64,000 bases of DNA. It comes from Octopus sinensis (Eukaryota). Of the stretch, positions 37,046 through 50,281 are shown one piece after another. The stretch covers positions 19,716,001-19,780,000 of the forward strand of contig NC_043016.1 in assembly GCF_006345805.1 (NCBI RefSeq). Direction: 5' to 3'. The translations under genes and the position numbers were made by a program. The notes beneath the pieces are model-generated. The model made no database searches, was not told the DNA's origin, and saw only the letters and a program-made list of their open reading frames with translations. Position 1 is the stretch's first letter; every line of letters begins with the position of its first letter.

Positions 37046-37797
37046 TCTGCAGAATATTAGGTTTGTGACAACTGGTGAGAGAAAAGACTGTATCAGTCAG
37101 TACCAGGCTGGTACTCTTTTTTTTCTTCTTTTTCTTATTTGAGTAGACTGGACCAACATGAAATGAAGCAACTTGCTCAAGGACACAAAATGTAGCCTGG
37201 TTTAAAAATCAAACACATGATCTTATGATTGTGATCCCGATATCCTAACCACTAGGTCATGCACCTCCACAGAATCATACCGTTACGTACTTAATTGTGT
37301 ATAATGCAAGAAATTTAATATGAAACATCAGGAGCAAAAATTTTTTAGAGTATCATAAGCATCATTTGCTCCAGCTTGTCCAGATTATTTTGATGTGAAT
37401 CATTGAAATTTTCCATTGATTAATGATGTCTGTTGTTGCTAGATATGTTGGTAACAGCAGTTATACACTTTGGGGGCTCAGTATTCCTAGCCATTGATTC
37501 TGCAGAGGTCCCTCTGCTCAACATAATGTGAGTGTCATCAAGTCTGCACAATCACTCTGCTGCTTCCCATGATTTAACCCGTAATCTTAGGGTAAGTTAA
37601 TGTCAGCTGCTATGCCTGTGTTCAATCCAAGGTATGTTATTTTCATATTCCCTGTTAACACCTATATCTAAAGGCATTTACTCTGTCCAATGCCAGAGAA
37701 TTTGCCAAATAAGAGGTTTCTTCTCGCAGTCCTATACTATTTAGGGAGCATTATATTTAAATAAAATTTTTTAAATAGATAAAACATTATTGATTTC

Positions 37798-37995
37798 ATC
37801 ATCATCATCGTTTAACGTCCGTTTTCCATGCTAGCATGGGTTGGACGGTTTGACCGGGGTCTGGGAAGCCAGGAGGCTGCACCAGGCTCCAGTCTGATCT
37901 GGCAGTGTTTCTACAGCTGGATGCCCTTCCATGAGTGTAGTGGGTGCTTTTTACGTGCCACCAGCACAGGGGCCAGATGAGGCTGGCAAAAGGCC
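37798..37995 (-). mobile_element. SINE family E
   Basis: Same tail and ctacagctggatgccctt core. Confidence 0.88.
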
Positions 37996-39724
37996 AAATT
38001 TGAAGGTGGCTCCATTATATTGGTGATTCCATTATATTAATATGTAAATATGGTAGCCTTGCTGTTAATTTTCCAGACCTCATTATTAGAAAACAAGGCT
38101 GAATTCTTCCATGGTTGATTTTGCCTTTCATCCATTTGGGATTGATAGAATAAGTACCAGTTGAGCAGAGGCCCATGAATCAACTGGCCTCTTCTCCCAT
38201 AATTTCACAACTTGCACCTATTTTAGAAAGGATTATTAGAAAGCAATGCACTATACAATGAGGATGAACTGACTACTTTTGCCTATCCTAATACTCAGCA
38301 GGGGTTTTGCTAAATGTACCACTTCCAAGCTGCCAAATGGGATATGTGTGGGAAGCTAAAATGTAGACAAGAATGAAAATATGATTCAGTTACATAATGG
38401 TATGAAGTTTGACTACTTGACATTAATTACTGAGGTATTAAAACAACTAGAGAGAGAGAGAGAGAGAGAGAAGGGGGAACAAATTCTATTGAGCTTTCAC
38501 AAAGACAAAACTAGTTTGTCTGATTCACTTACCATGTTACCAGAAAACTCTCTGGTCTAATCTCTTAGCCTAATTTCTCAGCAAAACTAAATACGTATCG
38601 ATATGACTCTGTTTTCATATTTATTAATTCATATCTTTGGAAAGTCATTTTTTAAATATTTTAGTACGTATTCAGTCTAGTTAATTCTCTTGGGAAAAGA
38701 TCAATATTTTCACTACTTGAATTCTTCATAATTTTACTATCAACAAAAGTGTCAGGCATATCAAAATAACATCTTGGAAGTTAATGAGAGAGTTTCTGTG
38801 TGGTCACTCGACCTGTTAGAAATAGCAATTAAATCTTTAAATCACTTTGCGCTGCCTGATTAACAGTGAAGGACCCGTTAAAAGATGTAATCCTAGATTC
38901 ATTAAATCTCTTTCTAATAACACTATACTGTCCTATCAAAAATAAACGATACATTAAATTGTGCAATCCTAGATACATTATGTTCATAAAAAAAGTGTGG
39001 TAGGGGATTGTCAGAGCTTAGGCCCTTTCAGTTACTGGTATTCTCAATCATGGTCAAAGTGAAGCTAAATGATAACAAGTAAAACTTATTTTTATTTCTC
39101 CAGCAATTACAGCATACAACTCAAGTCATATTTCAGTCTTATTCAGACTTCATCATATATAGACTCCACCATGCTTGCTGAAATAGTGATGAAAAAATTA
39201 CCAAGTAAAAGATTGTACATTTTTTGGTGTAGGAAAATAGAATATTCTTTAGAGATTAAATTAACACTAATATATTTCTTTTTAAATTGACCTCTCTGAA
39301 TTAATTAAAATTCCCTTGCTCAATCGGAGTATCACTAATGTAAATATAATTGAAGACAATTGATGAAGGTCACTACATAGTCGTGATTTTCATTACTAGT
39401 TAATCTTTACAGAGTGAGTTTTTATATGGTTGCTTGCCATGTTTGAAATAGCAGCCAAATTATGTAACCTTAACAAAAAAGAAGAGCACATTGATCAGTG
39501 AAGTTCTGGGTGGTCATGGTTGGAACCCCTTTGGTCATTGTTTTTTCTATTGGGGATCACATGAGACTAAACAACAACACAAGCTATAATACACCCTCAC
39601 ATATCAATCTTTAAGTTTCATGAATTTACTTTGCTACTGAAGCACTGTAAAATTCTTGAATTCAAGACAGTTTATTGATGGTGTTACTGTCAATGAATCA
39701 CCTGCTCTTTTTGTGCTTTCAAAG

Positions 39725-39766
39725 CTGCGAGGAATTATTTGCCCCTCACTGGAAAAGCAGATAAAG
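39725..39766 (+). CDS. Speculative + strand exon (LRGIICPSLEKQIK), phase 0 to 0
   Basis: Acceptor ctctttttgtgctttcaaag, donor AAG|gttagt. Confidence 0.3.
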
Positions 39767-40267
39767 GTTAGTATCAGGAAGGACATCTGGTGGCCAAACA
39801 ATGCCTTATTACCACATTCTTCTAACCCGGTGGTTTTCAACCATTTTTCACCTATGAACCTTTTGATTCCTGTTTTATTCTACTGGACCTCCATTGCCAT
39901 TCAATGAATATATATGAAAAACCCTACTGTAATTTTATAATTAAATATCATTAGGAATTGTATATAAAAAAAAGTTAAAATATTTTGTGTATTGTAGAAC
40001 CATAAGCAAATTATTGCCCATAAATTTTAACAGCAAAATCTTATATGGGCCTCCAAAGGTCATATGAATCCCAGTTGAGAACCACTGATCTAACTCATGC
40101 TAGCATAGAAAAACAGATGTAAAAATGAACAAATGCAGCAAGCTGTTGAAGTTGTTGTTTCCTCTGATTAAAGATGTTCTAACCAAAACCATACTGACTG
40201 ATTTAAGAAAAATTTGGCTGCTACTTTTAGCAAGTTGTACAACCACGTAGTGATTCTATCATTTTAA

Positions 40268-40603
40268 AAATCTTTTACTTGTTTCTGTATTTGACTGCAG
40301 CCATGCAAACTTATTCTTTGTAAGCCTAGTACTTATTCTATCAGTCTCTTTTTGCTGAGGTGCTAGGTTACGGGCACAAAAATACACCAGCATTAGTTGT
40401 CAAGCGATAGTGGAGGGAGAAACACAGACACACACCCATGCGCATGCGCACACACACGACTGGCTTCTTTCAGTTTCTGTCTACCGAATCCACTCATTGG
40501 TTGGCCTGAGGCTATAGTAGAGGACACTGGCCCAAGGTGCCATGCAGCGGGTCTGAATCAAGAACCATGTGGTTGGAAAGCAAGCTACTTACCACACAGC
40601 CAT
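40268..40603 (-). mobile_element. SINE family A, moderately decayed
   Basis: Family match. Confidence 0.85.
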
Positions 40604-41524
40604 GTTGCATCTGCATTAAAATTTTTTGAAAGGTAGACTGCCCTACTTATTATTATTGACCAAAACCTTTAATGAAATATTTTCTAAAGTTCACTAAGTA
40701 AGACCCCCACTCATGCCTCAAAATCTATTCTAAGCCCACATCTACTGGGATTGTGAGTTTGTGATTACTTCAGTTTTAATGAACATCATGCAGATGAAAC
40801 TATTGCCACCATTACCATTTTTTTTATTTATTTATTTTTTTTAATTTTTCATCGTGCATTCTGTGAACAGCAGTATTATTTCTGGTTCACTGTATTTATG
40901 TTGGCACTAGATGATGACAAGGAAGTTCTTGTTATGATTCATGCTGTTTATTAAGAATATCTGCAACTCTAACTATTCATATATATTATAGCTGGTTTTG
41001 ACAACTGATATCTTCACAATATCATTCAAGTTATGTGTTGATTGAGATTTTAATATAAATATGATTACTATAGACATGCTCCAGCCTCTGGCTCACAGTC
41101 ATACTGTCTCCCTTTTTCCTTCTCTCTCTCTCTCTCACTATCCCACTCTTGTTGATATCATAATGGCCTTTGCTCTTCAGAGCCAGCTAGAGCTCAGGTC
41201 ACTTCTACTCGGGCATTTACATTCCATTTGTCTCTCCTTTTCGCATTACCCTTGTGTGTCTAACTCCCCAGACTTCTCAGAAGTTACTTCTCCCAGCCGT
41301 TCCTGAATATTTGGTTCTCTGGAATTCCCCTCCTGCTCATGTCCTTCCTGTAGTTGTTTCTTTACAAAAGTTCAGGAGGATTGCTTGCTTTGATCTCACA
41401 AAATGTGAAAGAAAATGATAAATAGTAGTAATTGGCAACAAAGTAAAAATCATATCAGTTATCAAATGAATTAGCAATCACTAATCTACATAGCCATTTT
41501 ATTTGAGTTTAAGGATTTAATCCC

Positions 41525-41715
41525 CCCCCCCCCAAAGTTCCTGGCTATGAATCTGTGAATTATAGTTTTATTCAATATATTCCCCTCTCAGATTCACACA
41601 CTTATTGCAGCAATCACTCGGTCTTTCTGAGCCCTGTAAAAGAACTCAAAATGTTGGTCTTCCAAACAGGCCTTTCATGATACCCTTAAAGCCAGGAACT
41701 TTTCAGCAACCCATT
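41525..41715 (-). mobile_element. Mariner-derived MITE, second copy
   Basis: Reverse complement of the 6079-6283 body, TIR aaagccaggaactttcagc. Confidence 0.75.
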
Positions 41716-41819
41716 GTGTGTGCATGTATATATAAAAAGGGTGGGTACCCATTTGAGTCTGAGGTAAATTATCACCGGCTATTGTTGAAATAATTGTACT
41801 TTCGGTAGTGTCTCTTCAG

Positions 41820-41930
41820 GCTGACTTGGACCTTGCAGATTTGACAAACAAAGCTGCATACATGTGCAGGGAGCATGAGATATTTGAGAACAGATTTGTG
41901 TTTATTACAAAACAAAAAACAGATATATAA
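41820..41930 (+). CDS. Speculative + strand terminal exon (ADLDLADLTNKAAYMCREHEIFENRFVFITKQKTDI*)
   Basis: Acceptor gtgtctcttcag, phase 0, AATAAA at 41939. Confidence 0.3.
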   Translation, partial: ADLDLADLTNKAAYMCREHEIFENRFVFITKQKTDI

Positions 41931-41959
41931 TAACAGATAATAAAATGTTTTCCCAAAAA

Positions 41960-42965
41960 ATGCTATGAGGATAAAACTAAACCTTCTTTTCTATAATGTT
42001 ATTCAATATTGAACCATTCAGCTTCAATAACTGCTATATGAGATCTAAATCATCTACATGCTCGAATCAAGTGGTCCTGGTTCATTTTGGATATTACTCT
42101 ATGTCATCTTTCAAAGAATCTTTAGTGTTAGGGGCGTCTTCATTAACCAATCTCTCAACAACACTCCACATGTAACAGTCCAATGGATTGAGATCCAGGG
42201 AATTAGGAGACCAAGTCTTAGGGGTTATGTGACCATGAAAAATTTCAGCCATCCATTCCTGTGTTACTATAGCCATGTGCAGTAGTGTAGAGTCTTACTG
42301 AAACACATATGGCCTTCCATTGCATACACTGTGCATCCAGGGCTTAACAGTTATTTCCAGGACCTCAATGTAGGCGGCCGAGTTAACTCTAAGGCCTTGT
42401 GGAAAGAAGTAAAGAGACATCACATGTCCTTCATTGCTGACAACCCCTAAAACCATGACAGTTGCATGAAATTTGTATGCATAACACTTGGAATTTCAGA
42501 AGGGTCTGACATAACCATCTGTCATTTCTTTCTGTTAACTTTTTGATCTTGGTCAAAGTTTTTCTCATTTGAGAAAAAACAAATCAAATCTGCTGGATGT
42601 TTGAGTTTGTTTAAGAACCTTTAGCTTTAATGTAGTGATTTTCTTTTGCTTTTCCTGCCAATTGACCTTTCCTCATCGAAGACTTATATCTGATGTCTTC
42701 GGGAACAACATTTCTGACTTTCTTATGACTGATGGGGATCTTTAGCAATTGACCGCATGGACTTTCTGGGATTGTAATCAATGGCTGTTGAACTTGCTGG
42801 ATAAATTCAGGTGTTCTAATGATTTCAGAGCATTTAGAATGTTTTTTATGCTTTGATACTGGCGATACATTTCCATCTTTAGTCTCTAACTCCTTACAAA
42901 CTTTGTAGACAAAAGGTCTGGAAACTTGGAAAAATCGAGTAGGGGAATCTGAGTGCGTGCACTAG
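41960..42965 (-). mobile_element. maT (DD37D) Tc1/mariner transposase relic
   Basis: FFSNEKNF..NRRNDRWL..VMVLGVV; PYVFQ*D followed by 37 residues, then WSPNSLDLNPLD. Confidence 0.88.
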
Positions 42966-43402
42966 TTTATATAGGGTGATGGTGGAAGAGGGGAAGTGTT
43001 GGAAAATCAAGTGGTAAATCAAAAGAGAGAGAGAGACAGTGAGGGAGAGAGAAAGGGAGTGCCAGAGTTAGGGTGGTCAGGATAGAACACAAGGGAGAAA
43101 AATATTCTTTGGGATTTGGGGTGGGAACAATTTAATGAAACAGCAAATGCCAATAATATGTATATATATTGTATATATGTATGCATGTAAATATTTTATA
43201 TGATGTAATATACGTTTTATTTTTATTTTACACATTACTTAATCATCGTTATAAGTTTATCTTATATTTAATCTTCTATTATATGTATTTTCTAGATGTA
43301 TAATTTAATTTTTCATATTGAATTGATAAAAGGTGTTTTTTTTTTCTAATTCATAGGTATATATTATATGTGTATATAGATATATATATATATATATAAT
43401 AT

Positions 43403-43449
<47 letters not shown>

Positions 43450-44004
43450 TATATGTATGTATATATATATATATTGTATGTATATTCAATGTGGTGCCCC
43501 AGCATGGCCGCAGTCTTAATGTGTATATATTGTATGTATATGTATGTGTGTGTATATATATATATATATTGTGTATTATATATGTGTGTGTGTGTATAAT
43601 ATATATATAATATATATATATATATTGTGTATATATATATATGTGTGTGTGTGCATATATATATATTGTATGTATATATATGCATATATATATTGTATAT
43701 ATATATATGTGTATATATATATATATTGTGGGCCATACTAACCACACAATTATCTCCAGCACATTGTCTCGCAGCTCCTGAAATTTCTCAGTAAAGCTTT
43801 TGTCACAAGCATACATTGCCTTCTGACTGAGTAATTACACACCTGTGCAACGACACACACAAGCACTCACCAATTTGCAAAGCGTACCCTTTCATACAAA
43901 ATGAAAAACAAAAAAAAAAAACCTTTGCAGGTATTTATGTATGCCAAAAAAAAATATAGGAATTTCCTGCAGACATTCAGTCACATGATATATGACGCTT
44001 ATAG

Positions 44005-44035
<31 letters not shown>

Positions 44036-44223
44036 GTGTAAAATATGTATATATTATAGCATAGTAAGAGTGAAAGATCTAGTTACTGTTTATGCTGAAC
44101 ATAAAGAATGGCTAAAATACACAATTTTGAACATGGAATGAATCTTTGTAGCAGGAATGCACATTACACTATCAAAACATTTTTGCTATTTTACAATATG
44201 TTCTAAATACTAAAGTTCACACA

Positions 44224-44265
<42 letters not shown>

Positions 44266-44486
44266 TTAACATCCGTGTTCTATGCTAGCATGGGTGCGAT
44301 GGTACCACAAGAGCCGGCCAGGCTGAAGCCTGCACCGGACTTCTGTGGCTGCTTCTAGCAGGATTTTTACAGCTGGATGCCTTTCTTAACACCATCTACT
44401 CATGCATCGTCATCATCATCATTTAACGCCGGCAGCACTGGCAAAGATCACACTCTTATCATTTAACATTCCACTAGCACAGGTGC
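42279..44486. repeat. Left copy of a 2.2 kb direct duplication flanking the gap
   Basis: Collinear with 44587-46805, including microsatellite phasing. Confidence 0.95.
44225..44470 (-). mobile_element. Decayed SINE E with (CAT)n tail (repeated at about 46540-46790)
   Basis: (cat)n ttaacatccgtgttctatgctagcatggg..ttacagctggatgcc. Confidence 0.75.
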
Positions 44487-44586
44487 NNNNNNNNNNNNNN
44501 NNNNNNNNNNNNNNNNNNNNNNNNNNNNNNNNNNNNNNNNNNNNNNNNNNNNNNNNNNNNNNNNNNNNNNNNNNNNNNNNNNNNNN
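44487..44586. other. Assembly gap, 100 N
   Basis: Run of exactly 100 n. Confidence 0.99.
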
Positions 44587-45718
44587 GCAGTAGTGTAGAG
44601 TCTTACTGAAAAACACATATGGCCTTCCATTGCATACACTGTGCATCCAGGGCTTAACAGTTATTTCCAGGACCTCAATGTAGGCGGCCGAGTTAACTCT
44701 AAGGCCTTGTGGAAAAAGTAAAGAGACATCACATGTCCTTCATTGCTGACAACCCCTAAAACCATGACAGTTGCATGAAATTTTGTATGCATAACACTTG
44801 GAATTTCAGAAGGGTCTGCACATAACCATCTGTCATTTCTTCTGTTAACTTTTTGATCTTGGTCAAAGTTTTTCTCATTTGAGAAAAAACAAATCAAATC
44901 TGCTGGATGTTTGAGTTTGTTTAAGAACCTTTTAGCTTTAATGTAGTGATTTTCTTTTGCTTTTCCTGGCAAATTGACCTTTCCTCATCGAAGACTTATA
45001 TCTGATGTCTTCGGGAACAACATTTCTGACTGTTTCTTATGACTGATGGGGATCTTTAGCAATTGACCGCATGGACTTTCTGGGATTGTAATCAATGGTC
45101 TGTTGAACTTGCTGGATAAATTCAGGTGTTCTAATGATTTCAGAGCATTTAGAATGTTTTTTATGCTTTGATACTGGCGATACATTTCCATCTTTAGTCT
45201 CTAACTCCTTACAAACTTTGTAGACAAAAGGTCTGGAAACTTGGAAAAATCGAGTAGGGGAATCTGAGTGCGTGCACTAGTTTATATAGGGTGATGGTGG
45301 AAGAGGGGAAGTGTTGGAAAATCAAGTGGTAAATCAAAAGAGAGAGAGAGACAGTGAGGGAGAGAGAAAGGGAGTGCCAGAGTTAGGGTGGTCAGGATAG
45401 AACACAAGGGAGAAAAATATTCTTTGGGATTTGGGGTGGGAACAATTTAATGAAAACAGCAAATGCCAATAATATGTATATATATTGTATATATGTATGC
45501 ATGTAAATATTTTATATGATGTAATATACGTTTTATTTTTATTTTACACATTACTTAATCATCGTTATAAGTTTATCTTATATTTAATCTTCTATTATAT
45601 GTATTTTCTAGATGTATAATTTAATTTTTCATATTGAATTGATAAAAGGTGTTTTTTTTTTCTAATTCATAGGTATATATTATATGTGTATATAGATATA
45701 TATATATATATATAATAT

Positions 45719-45765
<47 letters not shown>

Positions 45766-46538
45766 TATATGTATGTATATATATATATATTGTATGTATA
45801 TTCAATGTGGTGCCCCAGCATGGCCGCAGTCTTAATGTGTATATATTGTATGTATATGTATGTGTGTGTATATATATATATATATTGTGTATTATATATG
45901 TGTGTGTGTGTATAATATATATATAATATATATATATATATTGTGTATATATATATATGTGTGTGTGTGCATATATATATATTGTATGTATATATATGCA
46001 TATATATATTGTATATATATATATGTGTATATATATATATATTGTGGGCCATACTAACCACACAATTATCTCCAGCACATTGTCTCGCAGCTCCTGAAAA
46101 TTCTCAGTAAAGCTTTTGTCACAAGCATACATTGCCTTCTGACTGAGTATTACACACCTGTGCAACGACACACACAAGCACTCACCAATTTGCAAAGCGT
46201 ACCCTTTCATACAAAATGAAAAACAAAAAAAAAAAACCTTTGCAGGTATTTATGTATGCCAAAAAAAAATTATAGGAATTTCCTGCAGACATTCAGTCAC
46301 ATGATATATGACGCTTATAGTGTGTGTGTGTGTGGTGTGTGTATGTATGTGTGTAAAATATGTATATATTATAGCATAGTAAGAGTGAAAGATCTAGTTA
46401 CTGTTTATGCTGAACATAAAGAATGGCTAAAATACACAATTTTGAACATGGAATGAATCTTTTGTAGCAGGAATGCACATTACACTATCAAAACATTTTG
46501 CTATTTTACAATATGTTCTAAATACTAAAGTTCACACA

Positions 46539-46580
<42 letters not shown>

Positions 46581-46805
46581 TTAACATCCGTGTTCTATGC
46601 TAGCATGGGTGCGATGGTACCACAAGAGCCGGCCAGGCTGAAGCCTGCACCGGACTCTGTGGCTGCTTCTCTAGCAGGATTTTTACAGCTGGATGCCTTT
46701 CTTAACACCATCTACTCATGCATGTCATCATCATTCATCATTTAACGCCGGCAGCACTGGCAAAGATCACACTCTTATCATTTAACATTCCACTAGCACA
46801 GGTGC
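44587..46805. repeat. Right copy of the 2.2 kb duplication
   Basis: Differs from the left copy mainly by 1-2 bp homopolymer indels. Confidence 0.95.
46059..46157 (-). CDS. Coding exon of the - gene (CVILSQKAMYACDKSFTENFQELRDNVLEIIV), phase 2 to 2
   Basis: Acceptor gtgtcgttgcacag, donor TG|gttagt, 99 nt open; the duplicate at 43743-43842 has one extra base and a stop. Confidence 0.55.
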
Positions 46806-46869
46806 CAATCAGTCAGTATTGTCATCTGCCACGTCACCGATTTTGATTTCACTTGCCTCAATAGGTCTT

Positions 46870-47108
46870 CGCAAGCAAAGTTTATTGTCCAATGATGAAG
46901 TGTACTCATAAGTGGGCTGGTTATATACCACTGGCCTAGGCCACAGGTTATGGTCTCACTTGGCTTGCTGTGTCTTATCAAGCAAAGCATATCTCCATAG
47001 GTCTCGATCACTAGTCACTGCCTCAGTGAGGCCCAATGTTCGAAGGTCATACTTCAGCACCTCATCCCAGGTCTTCCTGGGTCTACCTCTTCCACAGGTT
47101 CCCTCAAA
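46870..47108 (-). mobile_element. RTE LINE 3' end fragment
   Basis: Minus strand reads GTCGRGRPRKTWDEVLKYDLRTLGLTEAVTSDRDLWR. Confidence 0.82.
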
Positions 47109-47109
47109 C

Positions 47110-47144
<35 letters not shown>

Positions 47145-47356
47145 AACAGATGAAATCCAAAGATTCTCAATATACAAGACATTTAATAGCACTCAAATGA
47201 TTCAAACTTAGATTCCAATATCTTTACAGGGGATCATTTCCATGGGCTACTCATTTGTACTATGTATAAGTTGGATCTATTAATGTAAATATATATTTGA
47301 TCTCAAATATTCATTGCCTGAAAGTCTTCACTCTTTGCTTCCTCTCATTTTGCATA

Positions 47357-47749
47357 TACTCTTTTATTTGTTTCACTCATTTGACTGCGGCCATGCTGGA
47401 GCACCGCCTTTAGGCGAGCAACTCGACTCCAGGACTTATTCTTTTTATAAGCCCAGTACTTATTCTATCGGTCTCTTTTTGCCGAACCGCTAAGTGACGG
47501 GGACGTAAACACACCAGCATCGGTTGTCAAGCAATGCTAGGGGAACAAACACAGACACACAAACACACACACATACATATATATATACATATATACGACA
47601 GGCTTTTTCAGTTTCGTCTACCAAATCCACTCACAAGGCATTGGTCGGCCCCGGGCTATAGCAGAAGACACTTGCCCAAGATGCCACGCAGTGGGATTGA
47701 ACCCGGAACCATGTGGTTGGTTAGCAAGCTACTTACCACACAGCCACTC
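47357..47749 (-). mobile_element. SINE family A, full length
   Basis: Family match. Confidence 0.93.
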
Positions 47750-48178
47750 ATATATCTATCTATCTATATATATATATTTATATATATACACACACACACA
47801 TGCATATTTTGGATTTCATACCCAAGCAGTTATATTTAATCAGTTTATCCACATGACTGCGTATATATATTATGACCATAGACACTAACAATGTTATGTG
47901 GTCAAGAAGTTTATTTCCCACCCTCAAGGCTTTGACTTCTACTATAACCCCAGGTGGGCAAAAACTTTGCAAGTTGGTAGAGGGAAACTGAAAGAAGCCT
48001 CTTTCTCTATGTGTGTGTTTGTGTGTGTGTATGTATATATATATATATCTGTAAAATATGTGACAATTATTCGGTAGTCACATATTATTTTACAGACAAA
48101 TTCCACTATTTACATAATATTGAGGTCTCTTTCTTTCTTTTGTTATCTTGCCGTTTTTACCAATACATATATATATAT

Positions 48179-48580
48179 ATTCTTTTACTTGTTTCAGTCA
48201 TTTGACTGTGGCTATGCTGGAGCTGGTTTTAGCTGAAAACTTTGACCCTGGGGCTTATTTTTTTGTAAGCCTAGTACTTATTCCATTGATCTCTTTTGCC
48301 AAATTGCTAAGTTATGGGGACATAAATACACCAGCACCAGTTGTCATGCAATGGTGGAGCAACAAACACAGATACACATACACAAACAAGTACACACACA
48401 CACACATACACACACACACATACACGATGAGCTTCTTTCAGTTTCCATCTACCAAATCCACTCCCAATGCTTTAGTTGCCCCAAGGCTATACTAGAAGAC
48501 ATTTGGCCAAGGTGCCATGCTGTGGAACTGAACCTGGAACCATGTATAACCTTGTGGTTTCTTACGACACAGCCATGCCT
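48179..48580 (-). mobile_element. SINE family A, decayed
   Basis: Family match. Confidence 0.85.
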
Positions 48581-48672
48581 ACTCTTTCATGCTTTCCGTA
48601 TTTCTTTCCCTTTCATGCCTCTGTACACACACGCATGCACACACACACACACGCGCGCACACACAAACACAC

Positions 48673-48728
48673 AATTTTAATGCATCACATAAATTATCCA
48701 ACTTCAACTCGGTAATAAATAATCCAAA
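48673..48728 (-). CDS. Candidate exon of the - gene (FGLFITELKLDNLCDALK), phase 0 to 2
   Basis: Acceptor ttatttcaagcacatag, donor TT|gtgtgt; TT+G gives Leu in frame with 46157. Confidence 0.45.
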
Positions 48729-49319
48729 CTATGTGCTTGAAATAATAAATACAGGCAGATTTACCGTCATAGTTAATCATATATCTAGTATATGAAACTA
48801 CTTCCGTGTGTGTGTATGTGTATTCCATTTGTGTGTTTTCATGGAAGTGAGTGTATAATTTAAGCACTGGTACACAGTGCATCTTGGCATGTATGTAGGA
48901 AAATGTATGCATTTACACTCAAGTCTGCCCGTGAGTCACACACATGGGTGTATGAAAATACAATATATACTCGTGTTCCATAGCATAAAATTTGTTTTGA
49001 AGAAGGCACAAGTATTGAAAGCCTGGGGTTATTTGTACACTTACACACATCCCTGTGTGAAGTGAGTGTGTGCCTGTGTTTATACACAAGCATGTACATG
49101 CTCATGTACCCATACCTATGTGCATATATGCCTACTTACATATGGCAAATACATATTTTAATCACATCATTGACATTCAGGTTGTATAAGCAACTTATAT
49201 AGGGCTGCTAGTTTATGTAGGCTTCTCTATGGGTGCTAATTTTATAGATTACTCATGCCAGTAGTCCAACCCATGGCACCATGGAAAATGGGCGTTAAAT
49301 GATGATGATGGTATGTATA

Positions 49320-49551
49320 AGGCGGCGAGCTGGCAGAAACGTTAGCACGCCAGGCAAAATGCCTAGCGGTATTTCATCTGCCGCTACATTCTGAGTTCAA
49401 ATTCCACCGAGGTCGACTTTGCCTTTCATCCTTTCGGGGTCGATAAATTAAGTACCAGTTACGCACTGGGGTCGATGCAATTGACTTAATCCGTTTGTCT
49501 GTCCTTGTTTGTCCTCTCTGTGTTTAGCCCCTTGTGGGTAGTAAAGAAATA
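49320..49551 (+). mobile_element. SINE family B, full length
   Basis: 10-bp TSD ggtatgtata at 49310 and 49552. Confidence 0.93.
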
Positions 49552-49562
49552 GGTATGTATAT

Positions 49563-49950
49563 AGGTGCACGTTTGGCTGTGTGGTAAGAAGTTCATTTCC
49601 CAATGACATAGTTCCAGGTTAAGTCCCACTACATGGCACCTTGGACAAGTGACTTCTGCTATAGCTTCAAACTGATCAAAGCTTTGTGGGTGGATTTAAA
49701 TGATGGAAATTGAAAGAAGCCTGTGCCTGTCATGTGTGTGTGTACTTGTTCCAGTGTTTGTCCCCTATCACCTCTTGACAACCATTGATAGTGTGTTTAC
49801 ATCTCCATAACTTAGAGGTTTGACAAAAGAGACCAATAAAATAAGTACCAGGTTTTTAAAAATGTACTGGGGTCAATACAATTAACTGAAATTCTTCAAG
49901 GTAGTGCCTCAGCATGACCATATTCTAATGAATTATACAAGTAAAAAAAG
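49563..49950 (+). mobile_element. SINE family A, decayed
   Basis: Head, body and tail are all recognisable. Confidence 0.8.
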
Positions 49951-50281
49951 ATTATTTATATATATATATTATATATATATATATATTAATATATATATAT
50001 TATATATATATATATATTAAACAATTAGGAATGGCCTTAATAGGCCATTCGTCCACTAGAAAGAGCAGCCATAACTCAAACCGCTAAGTAGTAATTCAGA
50101 AATTAGGTGAAAATTTAAAAACGTATGTATATGTTATATATTTCCTCATTCTGTTCTATATTTAAGAGATGAATTATTTACATTTGACGGATATTTGTCC
50201 TCATCTTGTTTGTTGTTAACACAATGTTAGATTCCATTTAACACACACAGGATTTAACTTTGAGATACACATATACATATA

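Noticed and set aside
39105-39205. Plus-strand exon candidate NYSIQLKSYF..KKLP
   Set aside because: Its phase-1 end fits no downstream candidate, and the opposite strand gives an equally good acceptor.
41250-41370. Minus-strand acidic frame KQLQEGHEQEGNSREPNIQERLGEV
   Set aside because: The phase-0 start does not fit the neighbouring exon, and the acceptor is weak.
42279-46805. Real tandem duplication with mutually exclusive exons
   Set aside because: The gap-centred geometry and homopolymer-type differences point to an assembly artefact.
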